NCBI GenBank assembly: GCA_964016885.1
Contig: OZ024740.1
Coordinates: 249,550,001-249,614,000 of the forward strand
Source: Eledone cirrhosa
Lineage: Eukaryota
Length of the DNA: 64,000 bases
Direction: 5' to 3'
Shown: positions 11,990 to 23,960 of the stretch, in pieces
How positions within the stretch are numbered: the first letter of the stretch is position 1
Layout of the letters: the number at the start of each line of letters is the position of its first letter
Translations under genes and position numbers: made by a program
The notes under the pieces: generated by a model
Database searches by the model: none
The model's input: the letters and a program-made list of their open reading frames with translations, nothing else
What the model was told of the DNA's origin: nothing

Positions 11990-14105
11990 ATATACATAAA
12001 TAACATTACAAATGCCTCGGTAACACTACAAAGGATGATACAACGATATATTCCTTCAATGCTACAATATTAAAGAAAATGTAAAGGAAGGGGTGAACAA
12101 CGGAGCCAACACCAGAGCAAAAGACAGCAATGTCGCGAGTACTGGGCAACCTCTCTAATGATTTTTGAGGCAAGCCAGCACACTCGCAGCGTTGCCTCGG
12201 AGGATGGCGAGGCTGGTGCGCTGAAACAGTCAAGCACCCTCGCGAGATTCGCCAGTCACCTCTATTAGGCGAGCCGCCAGTGAGGAAAGAAAAATTCGCA
12301 GTCAGCAGGCCCGACTCTCCCAAACGTCTCGAAAGCCACAGGCTGAAAAATGTAGCTAGCTGACAGATCAGAGTATTTGAGGGTCTTACTCCGCTCGGCT
12401 GCAGAAGCTGTGGCTCTCGTCCTAACCGCAGCATCCAGGATGTGGGAAAGAGCAAAGGAGTCACTAACAGTGATGTCCCAGACAAGGCACCTGCCTCTCG
12501 ACCAAGGGCTCAGGGTAAGACCCTCAGGTCTTTTGCCGTCACTTCTGGACAACCCAGATGGTTCCAAGACAGGGGATATTCGCCCGTGCCAAAGCTCTCT
12601 TCAGAATGAGGTTTAGCTCCGTGTGACGCGCAAAGCGGCAAGAAAGACCGTGGAGGCCTGTAGAGTCGAGGAGTTTTCCGCAACGGCACCTCAAACCCAT
12701 GCAGATGTCGCCTCCCACTCTGAGGGCGATGGAGACACGAAGTTCGTCCAGGCTGAGTAGGCCACCAACGTTGGCCACGGGTAGGGCATCGACCCAGTCG
12801 CCTGAGTATTTGGCGCTGGCAGATAGTAAGCGTCACCTTGCAAACTGATCTGACTGGAAGAAGAGGGAGTCGAAGGTGGCCTTCAAACTTATGCTGTCTC
12901 AAGTTCTCTGACTTCGACTGTCCTCCACCTTCTCAGGAAGAGACAAGCCCGACTCACTCCATTGCTGGAGAGCTTCACCCAACTCCCTGTTGGAACTAGT
13001 CCATGTTGGAGAGGAGAGGATGCTGCTCACCAGGGTGGAGCAAGCGTGGGTGGAGGAAAAGAAGCAGGGGAGAGAGAGGGATGAACACTTACGGAGACCA
13101 AGACCCCCAAATCGCTTGGGCAACGCAGCCTGTTCGCGGGACTCCGGAGAGAGTCTAACATTGACCAGACACTCGAGTCTCTCGAAGATCAGGTCATCGA
13201 AGCATTGGAGGCAGGACGGAAATCTGTTAGAGAGGCTGATCCTGAGCAGATACAGAAGCTTAGGAATAGACAGGTAGTTCCTGAGTAAGAAGAAACCTTG
13301 ATGGGGTTCAATAACTTTGATATTCCTGAGCAGCTGCTCAAGGTCAACCATCTTCGATTGGAAGGTTGACTCGAAGGCCAGGTCTGTGATTGGGGCTCCT
13401 AAGGAGCACCAAGCCGACGAGGGAGGGACTCTGCGAACAGGTCAATCAGCTGTTGGTATTGAGAAGCTGGGTGGTTGAGGATCCAGAGCTCACATTTGGA
13501 ACAATTGATCTGGAGACCCTGGCAGCCAAGCTCCTCCACCATCCTGTTGGTAGTGGCGAGAACCATATCCGGAGTTCCCCCCAAACAGGCGTCATTGAGG
13601 TCCAACTCAGCCCCCATCTTGGTGACGCCATCAATGTCCAGTGCAAACAGTGCGGGCCCGAGTGGGTCACCCTGTTGGACTCCTGAGGCAGAGGTGATGA
13701 TCTGGTCACCAAAAGAGAGGTAGGAGGGCTCCCGATAAGCCTGCCAAGCAAAGTGGTAGAGTGTGGGACCCTCTCTCTTACTGAGCCGAGGACGATGTCG
13801 CGGCTGACGGAGTTGAAGGCATTCCTGAGGTCAAGTTTGAGGATGACCTTGGCGGACGAGGAGGGCAAGTTGGCAAATGCTCTGCCAGAGTGGACAGCAG
13901 CCTCACATCCCAACTTGGTACCCATCCCAGCTGGATAGGGGAAAATTCCTCCGCCAGTGAGTCAGAGACCAACAGCAAACAAGCCTTTGCAGTGAGGCGG
14001 CGAAGAGTGCAGCCAACCGCAATGGGGCGCAGGTCCCCGTTAGGCTTGGTGAAACCAAATAACTTCGCACCGAAGAACAGTGGGCGGGAGCAGGAGAACG
14101 TTCAC
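11990..14105 (-). mobile_element. CRE-clade non-LTR retrotransposon (RT + CCHC finger + restriction-like endonuclease), 5' truncated and frameshifted
   Basis: LRPIAVGCTLRRL, KLDLRNAFNS, GVQQGDPLGP (RT); LPKRFGGLG; CRCGKLLDSTGLHGLSC finger; RH..LN; KRPEG...VWDITV (PD-(D/E)xK-type nuclease); visibly GC-rich versus flanks. Confidence 0.88.
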
Positions 14106-14789
14106 TGAAGAGAACTGATTCACACCTCGACTCTATTCTTTTCTCTTTTATTAAAACTGACTTTGTGTCATTATACTGAACGCCGGTGTTGCGACCCTGT
14201 TTCGTTTCACGCGGCTAATGCCTTTGAGAAATGCATTAATTTAGCTAAATTTCATTTCGTCACTTTCCTCTAAATTTTGGGTCTTATGCTCAACGAAGAA
14301 ATCCAAAAGCAGAGTTGACTAAATAAGAAAGTCTTTAAATATGTATGAAGGCTGAGACACTTTACAAAGGCCGTTTGAAGTGGGTAGTTGTGGTGAGGGC
14401 CCGATGCATAGGAATCAAACTATTTCACTAACTTGGCTCACGTAAAGTTGATCCCTAGATACCTCTATTCCGAAGTTGGTAGACTTCTTTAAGAGATTGG
14501 TCAAAGCAGAAAGTCATAGATATGGTATGTTCACATCAATGTGGGCGCGCACGCATATATATATATTTATATATATATCATCTTCATCACTGTACAACGT
14601 CTGCTTTTCCACGCTCGCATGTGTTAGACGAGTTATCCTGTTGTGAGCAATGCCATGGTCAAGTGACCATGTCATGCTCATACAGAACTGATTTTGGCTT
14701 GGTTTCTACAGCTCGATACCCTTCCTAGCACCAACCTTATTTACAGTGAGTACACAACCACTTTAAGTGTGGGCTGGATATATATATAT

Positions 14790-15575
14790 TTAAATATATA
14801 GAAACAAGAAGTATAAAGTATAAGTTAATAGGTTAAAATTAACTTTGTTTATTCGTAGTCACTTATATATATTTTGGTGATAACCATTATGCAACATCTA
14901 TGACCTCATCAGACAGCTAGAATCTGAACAGAAAAACAGGAAGATAGAATAAAGCTTACTTCTGTTATTTTGATTCCTTGATATGCTCTGTGCTGAATTT
15001 TGGTGTTGTTTTCTCATGCCTTGAGAAAGCAACACCAAAATTCAGTCCAGAGCATACCAAGGAATTGAAATAACAGAAGTAAGCTTTATTTTATCTTTAT
15101 GTTTTTCTGTTTAAATTCTAGCTGTCTGATGAGGCCATACCTGTTGCATAACAGTTATCACCGAAATATATATTACAGCGACTATGAATAAACAATGTTA
15201 ATTTTAATCTGTTGACTTATACTTCTTGTTTATAAACATACTCTAGAATAAACAGACCCACCTGCACACTTCGTCAAGTATGTGTTGGTTAATCACCGAT
15301 GCTTTAGTATGCAGAGTAGAGCACTTGATGAAGTGTGAGAATGGGTCTGTTTACTCAGGAGTATATTTATAAACAAGTCAACAGGTTAAAATTAACTCCA
15401 TTTATTCATAGTCGCTGTTATATATATTTTGGTGATAACTGTTATGCAAGTTATGTCATCATCAGGCAATTACAATTTTAACAGAAAAACATAACAATGG
15501 CATAAAGCTTACTTTTGTTATTTCGAATCTTTGATATGCTCCATGCTGAATTTTGGTGTTGCTTTCTCAAGGCAT
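14790..15575. repeat. three alternating inverted copies (-,+,-) of a ~230-250 bp unit
   Basis: Copies at about 14790-15020, 15025-15290 and 15320-15575, e.g. TGCTGAATTTTGGTGTTG / CAACACCAAAATTCAG / TGCTGAATTTTGGTGTTG. Confidence 0.92.
15121..15179 (+). ncRNA. type I minimal hammerhead ribozyme motif
   Basis: GCTGT-CTGATGA-[GG..CTGTT gcat AACAG..CC]-GAAA-TATATA-TT-ACAGC: stem I GCTGT/ACAGC, both core boxes intact, palindromic stem III. Confidence 0.75.
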
Positions 15576-17349
15576 ATGATTTAGAATGAGCGAAACCCCA
15601 TTCCCATTGGTCAGATTTAGCTTCACCATTCCAACCATTGAATTTCTTTGTGGTGCCATTGTCATGGAATCAGGTCAATCAGTTGGGGTTGTTTTTAGCA
15701 GCCAACAATAATAACTGAAGATACCCTAATCTATTTAGGTGCGTTTGTTGGCCTCTGTGACCTAGGTAGTTGTAGTAGTGGTAGTAGTATCGATATATTA
15801 CTATTACTGGTAATGAAAGAATGTGTTAAACTTATAGGGTATTGGAATGTTGGTGAAAATTTCAAATATATATATGGATATGGGACTATTTGAAGAATGG
15901 AAATAACATTATATGCTTATCAATATTGAGAGTCATGATAAAAGAAAGTGTTAAAATTATAATCCATATTGCAAATATATATATATATATATATATGTAC
16001 CCTTTAGAAGAATGAAAATAACATGTTCATGCTAATCTATATTAAAAATTTGTAATTTACTTATCACAGTTTGTAAAGACATTTATGATTGAAAGAAATT
16101 AGGTTGGAGATAGTTGGTCCTTAAGAAAATCAAAGCATAAACAAAGAGCAGAGAATGAAACCTGGAGAGAAAAAATGTTGGGTGTGTGTATGTACCTAAG
16201 ATTGGATTCTGCCAACGTATAATATTTAACTAAATAGTTAGTGCTTCTGAGATTTGAAAAGGGGGAAATCCAAGGCAAAGTAAGTCGTGGGTCCAACTGC
16301 TAAGTTAGTGTGGCTCTAGGGTAGATTTAGATGCTAGAGAAGAGATAGGAGCAGTGGGAGGGTTGGTGTATCTGGGACTCAGTGTGGTAGGGTTGCTATC
16401 CATATGGTTAGAGGAAATCTGCCCTACGATTGATTATTTTTATTCCACTCCTGAGTATCTTGAGAGTCTCACTCAGACAGTGGCTGCAAATACCAGACCT
16501 GCTTCTGTCTGGGGGTACCTCCCTAACTTTGGACCAGACAAAAGAGTACGGGGTCTTGTCCAAGTTGAGTTTCCAGATCAGTTGGGAAAGGGCCATACTT
16601 TTCCGTTTATCGATCCTATTAAAGGGGTGGTGGTGATTGTACCACCTGTCCTTGAAGCTCATTGACATTGCTCCTATGTATGTGTCGAGTGGGTGGTAGT
16701 AACCCTGCATTGGCAAACTAAGTTTTTCACAAGACATTTGTTTCTAAGGGGGCACGAGACCGGGTTTCTGCAGTTACATGGTGTGCTCAACACCTGCGTA
16801 TTTACGGCGGGGTGCCCAGTGGGTAGGTTGGAGTGGTCTGCCCCTGAGACTTGCACAGGGTCCCTGGATAGATTATTGTTACTCGGGTCAGTCACGCGGC
16901 TTATGTTTTCCCCATCTGGACTCTGCTGGGTGTCTAGAAAATCAGCTGGTGCCTGTCTAAATGTCCTAAGTCTATTCTTATTGATACTAGCTATGTGCTA
17001 TGTGCAAGAGCTTCATTGGGTGCCTGTTAAAAATTTTATGGTACTTGTGGATCCTCGAGAAGCATTTATCCAGTGCCCTAAAGAATAAATGGGCCAGGCT
17101 GGCCTGCAGATTCACAGAGTATGGTGGATTATACCAGATTATTTTTCTATGTCCAGTCTTAGGAGTGTCGGTTGAGTGCGCATCAAGCCATTGGGGAGTT
17201 AGTGGGGCCCTATGGCCTTTAGCACTGCTGTTGCCCCGTTGCGTGTTATGGTTCCTTCTTGCTGTTTGGTCCCCATTGGTAGGATGATGCTGGCCCTCAC
17301 CAGAGTTTCTACGCTGTAGTATTTCACCGTCTACTATATATATAAAAAT

Positions 17350-18230
17350 GGATTAAAATAAAATTTATTTCAGTTATTTTATACCATAAAGTAGCTCAAA
17401 TATACTTTATACAGGCTAAAATCCATAATTTGCAGAACATTTTTTTCAAAATTTTATTTAGGTACAATAAATTTAAGTATATTACTATTGAGATTAAGAA
17501 CACAGCAAGCAAAAAATATATAATTTTACCTACATAATTGTCCATGCCGCAGTTTCACCATGCTTATGAGCACTAGCTAATTAACATAATTAATTACCCA
17601 ATCACGATTCACATGGATCTTTAGTTATCTAGTCTTAAGATATATTAATAGCCATTTCAAGAAAACCTCTAATGAATTTTCTTGTTTTGGAGATAACGTC
17701 TAGACTGGACAGCTATTAGGACTAAAAGAAAAAACATAAGGTTATGAACTCCACTTGGTTTAGCTATAGTTATTCAGTATAAAGTTAAATAGATGTTAAT
17801 GATAAGACAGCTAGAAAGAGCTTACAAAATCCTTTAAAAAATGTAACAACTCAACCTGAAATTAATTTAATTAACTAAAATGGAGTAGCAACATAAAAGT
17901 GGATTATTAAAATAAAATTTATTTGAATCATATTATACCATAAATCAGCTCAAATATGCTTTAAACAGGCTAAAATCCGTATTTGGAAGAGCATTGGCAG
18001 TATCGGTAGAGGGTCGGACGCCATGCTTTCCAGCATAGTTACGTCCCTTTACGATCTGAGTTCAAATCCCGCCGAGGTTGACTTTGCCTTTCATCCTTAC
18101 GGGGTCGATAAAATAAAGAACCAGTAATGAACTGGGTAATTGCTGGCCTTGTGCCTAAAGTAGAAACAATTATTTATTCAAAATTTTATTTAGGTACAAT
18201 ACTTAAGTATGTTGCTATTTCGATTGATAA
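17350..18230. repeat. diverged direct repeat (~555-bp offset); the second copy is interrupted by a SINE
   Basis: TTAAAATAAAATTT..TTATACCATAAA..AGCTCAAATAT.CTTTA.ACAGGCTAAAATCC at ~17352 and ~17907; TTCAAAATTTTATTTAGGTACAATA at ~17445 and ~18177. Confidence 0.85.
17990..18172 (+). mobile_element. tRNA-derived Nin-core SINE, well preserved
   Basis: TGGCAGTATCGG (A box), GAGTTCAAATCCC (B box), GACTTTGCCTTTCATCCTTACGGGGTCGATAAAATAAAG core. Confidence 0.85.
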
Positions 18231-18259
18231 TATAAATATATATATATAGAGAGAGAGAG

Positions 18260-19720
18260 GGGGTGCATTACCAAAGGATTGGCGCAGCAGCATCATTGTC
18301 AACTGTTACAAGGGTAAAGGAGATGCACTAGGTATAAAGCTGATGGACCAGGTCATGAGAGTAACGGAAAGAGTTATAGCACAGTTGATTAGGGACCAGG
18401 TAAAACTAGATGCAGTTTGGGTTTGTGCCAGGAAAAAGCACCACTGATGCTCTCTTCCTTGTGAGGCAGTTACAGGAAAAGTACCTAGCTAAATGTAAGA
18501 CGCTCTACCTGGTATTTGTCGATCTGGAAAAAGCCTTCGACAGAGTGCTCCGTGCTATAATCTGGTGGGCTCTTAGAAAACTAGGAGTAGATGAATGGCT
18601 TGTGAAAGCTGTAAAAGTCATGTATAGGGGAGCAGTCAGCAAAGTTAGGGTTAACAATGGCTATAGTGAGGAATTTAGCATACAGGTCGGTGTCCACCTG
18701 GGCTCTGTTCTTAGCCCTCTCGTGTATTGCAGGCTATAACAAAGGAGATTAAGACCGGATGGCCATGAGAACTTCTGTACGCGGATGACCTTACACATAT
18801 AGCTGAATCTATGGCATAACTAAAGAAGAAATTTCAAACATGGAAACAAAGACTAGAAAGAAGGGGTCTCAAAGACAACCCGACAAAGACTAAAGTGCTT
18901 GTAAGTAGACAAGAAAACAGAACCCAGATCCCCTCAGGGAAATGGCCTTGCTCAGTATGTAGGAAAGGTGTAGGTAGGAATTACATCTTCTGCCCCAAAT
19001 GCAAACTATGGGTACACAAGAGATGTAGTGGGATCTCAGGAAGCTTAGTTAAGAATGTAGGCTTTACATGTGGCAGCTGCACTGGGACAGTAAGCAGCAA
19101 ACGGCCACAGGAAACAAGCACTACCAAACTCTGGGAAAGCTCTGTAGAAACAGTAGGTGACTGAATTAGCAGCAGAGGTGGGTGTTCTGAAAGTACAGTA
19201 ACCAGAGTAAGAATGGGATGGAATAAGTTCAGGGAGCTACTACTACTGCTAGCTACAAAAGGCTTTTCCCTCAAAATGAAAAGCAGACTGTATGATGCAT
19301 GCATATGAACAGCAATCTTACATGGTAGTGAGACCTGGGTGCTGTGTGTAGATGACATGCGTAGATTAGAAAGAAACGAAGCTTGCATGCTCCGATGGAT
19401 GTGTAATAGTAATATACGCGAACAGCAAAGCATAAACGCTGTATGCAGGAGATGAGATTATGTTGGTATGGACATGTGATGCGTATGAAGGATGACTGTT
19501 GCATAAAAAAGTGCAGAGCACTAAAAGTCGATGGAAGCCTTGGAGTGGGGAGACCCAAGAAGATGGGTGTTAGGAAGGGCATCCAGCTGTAGAAATCAAG
19601 CCAAAATCAGTTCCCGTATGAGCAAAACAAAGTCACCCGACATTGGCCCACGACAGGACAACCCGTCTAACCCATGCTAGCATGGAAAAATGGACATAAA
19701 ACGGTGATGATGATGATGAT
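18260..19720 (+). mobile_element. RTE-clade LINE fragment (RT)
   Basis: MQFGFVPGKSTTDA, FVDLEKAFDRV, LYADDL, KWPCSVC..CPKCKLWVHKRC; (GAT)n tail. Confidence 0.92.
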
Positions 19721-20469
19721 ATATATAGATAGAGAGAGGTATGTGTGTGTGTGTGTGCATGTATATATACACATAATAGAGCAATGCCTTATGTCTATAT
19801 ATGATCGATGTTGAGAAAAAAGCTGAAAAAAATACAAACACAAAAATAGTTATTTGCAAAGTGAAGCTAATAGAATAATTTTCAAACAGTATATATTTCT
19901 ATGTTTTTTCTCCTCCTTGATACTCACTATTGCTATATACAGTTGCACTGTACACCTTAATTAAGCTTCTGGTATGCACATGCAGTTTCTGAAGGAAAAT
20001 AAAAATGAATAAAGAAAAAATTAGAATGGAAAGCTAGGCTAAACACCTTGCAATTAAACCAATGTGTACTTGTGTGTGTACACACAAGTATGTGTGTCTC
20101 TATATTTTTGTCTTATTAGAGAAGTTTCTTTTTTTATATCTACCTACTAACATAGATACACACACACTCACATATATGAGACCATTATACTTAAGGAAAG
20201 TAGAGTGTATATATTATCATAAGGATTCTTTGCCCAACGTTTCGATAGAAAAAATGTTATCAAAATGGTTTAAGTTTAGCTATCCAGCAAAAAACCCCTT
20301 TGATAGATATATATATACTAAATGTGAGTATCTGGTTTAGTATAGCTACTAAAAGTGTTGGCACTATGAAAGAAATCTAGTTGTAAAACATTGCCTCAAA
20401 AAGGATAGCAGATCTTGGGACCAGTATAGCTAACCCTTGCTTTAATGGAGTAAATACTTTTGTTGTTAT

Positions 20470-21180
20470 ATATCATCATCATCGTCGTTTCAACATCCAC
20501 TTTCCCTGCTAGCAAGGGTTGGACAGGTCCATACAGACCAAGTCAGTACTGAGGTGGAGCCACTGATCTTCCAGGTAGACCAGGGATCTGCCATCTGCAT
20601 CACATGTCCATACCAACACAGTCTTTCTCTATCATACTACATTCATTTCCTCTTATGCAAAGTTTTCCCTTCAGTTTGCTTTTGTTATGTTCGTGAACAC
20701 TAACATAGCACATCCATCGGAGCACACTTGTCTCATTTAGCCTCTGCAGGTCTTTTGCAGTCAAGTTCCCTGTTTCACTGCCATATAGCATTGCAGTTCT
20801 CACACAGGCATCATACAGTCTACCCTTCACTCTGAGAGAAAAGCATTTTGTTGTTAGCAGCCTGTTCTTATCCTTGCTATCACACTTCCAGTGCATCCTT
20901 CCCCACTACTAATTTGATCACCTAGGTAATGAAAGCTTTTGACAACTTCTAAAGATCTCCTCTGGCAGTTGAGGGAATCTATTTCACATGTGCTCTTTAT
21001 GCTTCCTTCCCCTTTGGATCTGCTACATATAAAGTCTATCTTTTCTGTTAGCCTACCTGCAATCCCACTATATCACTTGTGTGTCCATAATTTACATTGT
21101 GTGCACCTTATGGAATTTCTGCCCACCTCTTTCTGACATATTGAACAAGGCCACTTTCTTGATTGTATCATCTTCCTGTC
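20470..21180 (-). mobile_element. RTE LINE 3' fragment
   Basis: FSLRVKGRLYDACVRTAMLYGSET on the minus strand. Confidence 0.85.
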
Positions 21181-22019
21181 TTCTTTATGCATGTATGTAT
21201 ATATTATCATCATCATCACTTAAAGTCAGTACTGAAGCTGGGCTACTGACCTCCCAGACAGGTCAAGAGGTCTGTATCCCACTTACGAGTGGTCGTATCT
21301 GTTGATTAGTACACAAATGTCGCTGATGCCACTGGTTAATCATCCAGTCATGGTTGATTAGAATGCAGCATTGATGAAACTTGAGGACTAGTCGACTCAG
21401 ATATAATAAATATTCCAAACCCATGCAAGCGTGGAACATGGACGTTAAACGATGATGATGATGATGATGATGATGACTGTTACATGTAAGGAGTCACATA
21501 ATTAAATATTTGTTATATATACCCATAAATTCAGCATTTATATATATATATATAAATACAATATCACAGCGTCTGACACAAGCCAAAGCACTGTCTGTGG
21601 GGTAAGAGACAAGACAAAACAATAACTTACAACAATTAAGCTATAACAGGTACACTACACATAGTTTCTTATGTGATGACTAGCAGACGGTATTGTGGTT
21701 TTTATAGCAATGATGGTCTCATGAGACTGAGAAAAAGGAGACAAAGAAAGGAAAAAGGCAAGAAGTGAAAGTAAGATGTCGTGTTAAAAAAAGTAATCCA
21801 TTGAAATTAATCATCACAGATTAATAATAATAAAAGTAGGAGAATTAACACAGAGAAGACAACAAATGAAAACAAGGCAGAACGAAAACATTTTTTAAGG
21901 AGGAACCATGAAAAAAATTTGTTTTGAAAACAATAAAACAAAAAGCAATTGAAAGACTCAGATATCCAAAGTCTTCAACCATCAAGATGGACTTTAGCAT
22001 TTTAGACTCCTACCAATTG

Positions 22020-22470
22020 AAATAACTAATATTGGAAGAATTTCAGTTCCTTCATCTGGAGGTGAATTTTTTCTTAGGAATAAGGGAACAAGTTGAATAT
22101 GTCGTTGCTAGATTGCATGGTGAACAATGTGTTGCATCACTGAATTACTGTATGAATATTTCCCACTTAATGTATTAGGTCAATGCAATGGGATTATATT
22201 GACGCTGGAAATAGCAGCCAAAACCGTCTAAATCAGCTCAATAATGATGGAGCAGTCAATATTAATTTATAACTTTATAAAGTTAACTGTCTCAGTTATA
22301 TATATATATTCAATTTGTTCCCTTAAGTGGAATATATTCATATAGTAATTCAGCGATACAACACGTTGTTCACCATGCGGTCAAGCAACATGGTATGTAT
22401 GATATATATTCCTAAGAAAGAATTCACCTCTTGGTGAAGGAACTGAAATTCTTCCATTATTGGTTATACA
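22020..22470. repeat. diverged inverted repeat (fold-back), probable Penelope-type pseudo-LTR pair
   Basis: GGAAGAATTTCAGTTCCTTCATCTGGAGGTGAATT...CCACTTAA (22033-22170) versus TTAAGTGG...AATTCACCTCTTGGTGAAGGAACTGAAATTCTTCC (22323-22455). Confidence 0.8.
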
Positions 22471-22951
22471 CATATGATAAATGATGCATTGGTTAGTATC
22501 AATAATAGTGATAGCCAAAGATTGAACACAGGGGACAGTGAAATGACAGACACTGGAAAATTGGCTCAAAACAGACAAATGAAAACATTCCACTCATTAG
22601 TTATCAACACAATTTGGGTTCATTCGTTTGAGATTTTCTACATTTTCTAATTATTTTAATTCACTCGATACTCCGATGGTTAATTACAAATGTTGATATA
22701 TATATATATATATCGACAGTTAATCGACAAGATCCCAGACTTCATTTGCTTAACGACTGGTGTGGAGCTCATCTAATCGGACCGAGTAAAGAATGTTTCC
22801 ATTGGTCTTTCCAATTGCTAATACTATCTATCAGTTGCAAATCCAGGTAGAAGGAGCAACGTGAAATAAAGTGTTTTGCTCAAAGACATAGCACATTGCC
22901 CGGTTGGGGAATCAAACCTCACGATTGCGAATCCAATCATATGTATATATA

Positions 22952-23830
22952 CAGGGTGCGGACGATATTTGTTCACAATTTTCAACTGCTAATTTTATGC
23001 AAATTTTTTTTACTTCTGTTGTCACTCTTGTCTTCATAAAAACAGTGACTATATTTCCATTATTTATTTTCAGAATAATTGATTATGAATAATTTTGAAC
23101 CTCCAAATTTGTGGAAGAGACACGGAGTTCTTCTTGGAATCCACGCCGGGAGGACAAATAAGGCCAGAAGATCAACTCCCAGAACAACAGGTGGCTTGCT
23201 GTCTCATCCAAAGACGTGCCCAGAGTCATGCAGACAAAGTTTCCAGCGACAACATTGGTCTTAGGTGTTGTCAGCAGTCAAGATGACGTCATGTCAACTC
23301 ACTTCATCCCTGAGGGCCTCAAGCTGAACACCGATGGCTACATCTGCGTTCTGAGCGAGGTAGTAAAGCCCTGGATCGACCAGGTAGCTGCAGGTAGGCC
23401 GTACATGTGGCAGCAAGACTCAGCGCCCTGCCATACCAGCCAAAAGACCCAAGCCTGCCTGTCAGAGAAACTTCGTCGACCACACTTCACCTGACATCTG
23501 GCCTCCCAGCTCGCCTGACTGCAATCCCCTCGACTTCTTTGTGTGGGGCGCAGTGGAACGAGACACCAAAAGATCTAGCTGCAATACGAATGACGATCTG
23601 AAGGCCAGGATCACAAGTGCCTTTAGGGGCCTAAGTCGGGGGACAGTGACGAAGGCCTGTAGCCGGTTCTGAGGCCGTCATCAAAGCCAATGGCGAGTTT
23701 ATCGAGTGAGATTTAAAGAACAAGTCATGAAGACAAACTGACCCAAGTTTGATAAATATATCTTAAAAAATAAAACTACTGTGTTATTTTTTCATAGACA
23801 GTAATCTTGCGAACAAATATCGTCCGCACC

Positions 23831-23833
<3 letters not shown>
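22952..23833 (+). mobile_element. Tc1/mariner superfamily, maT (DD37D) transposon, internally deleted
   Basis: Perfect 23-bp TIRs CAGGGTGCGGACGATATTTGTTC / GAACAAATATCGTCCGCACCCTG with TA flanks; WQQDSAPCH...WPPSSPDCNPLD, with 37 residues between the last two Asp after repairing one frameshift. Confidence 0.93.
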
Positions 23834-23920
<87 letters not shown>

Positions 23921-23960
23921 GTGTGTGTGTATATATATATCATCATCATCATCATCATCA
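23834..23960. repeat. compound microsatellite (TA)n(TG)n(CAT)n
   Basis: Direct reading; one of many (TA)n tracts in the window. Confidence 0.95.

Larger units (their letters stand above)
14790..17320 (-). mobile_element. Penelope-like element remnant (RT C-terminus, GIY-YIG endonuclease, 3' region with inverted pseudo-LTR copies)
   Basis: IIWYNPPYS; CNCRNPVSCPLRNKCL linker; NLVCQC...TYIG...FKDRWYNH...LSQLIWKL...CSHCLSE (16408-17160). Linking the repeats at 14790-15575 to this element is inferred from position and orientation. Confidence 0.8.

Noticed and set aside
17990-18075. tRNA-like A and B boxes
   Set aside because: No cloverleaf; continuous with the SINE core, so a SINE head and not a tRNA gene. 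The same applies to the other copies.
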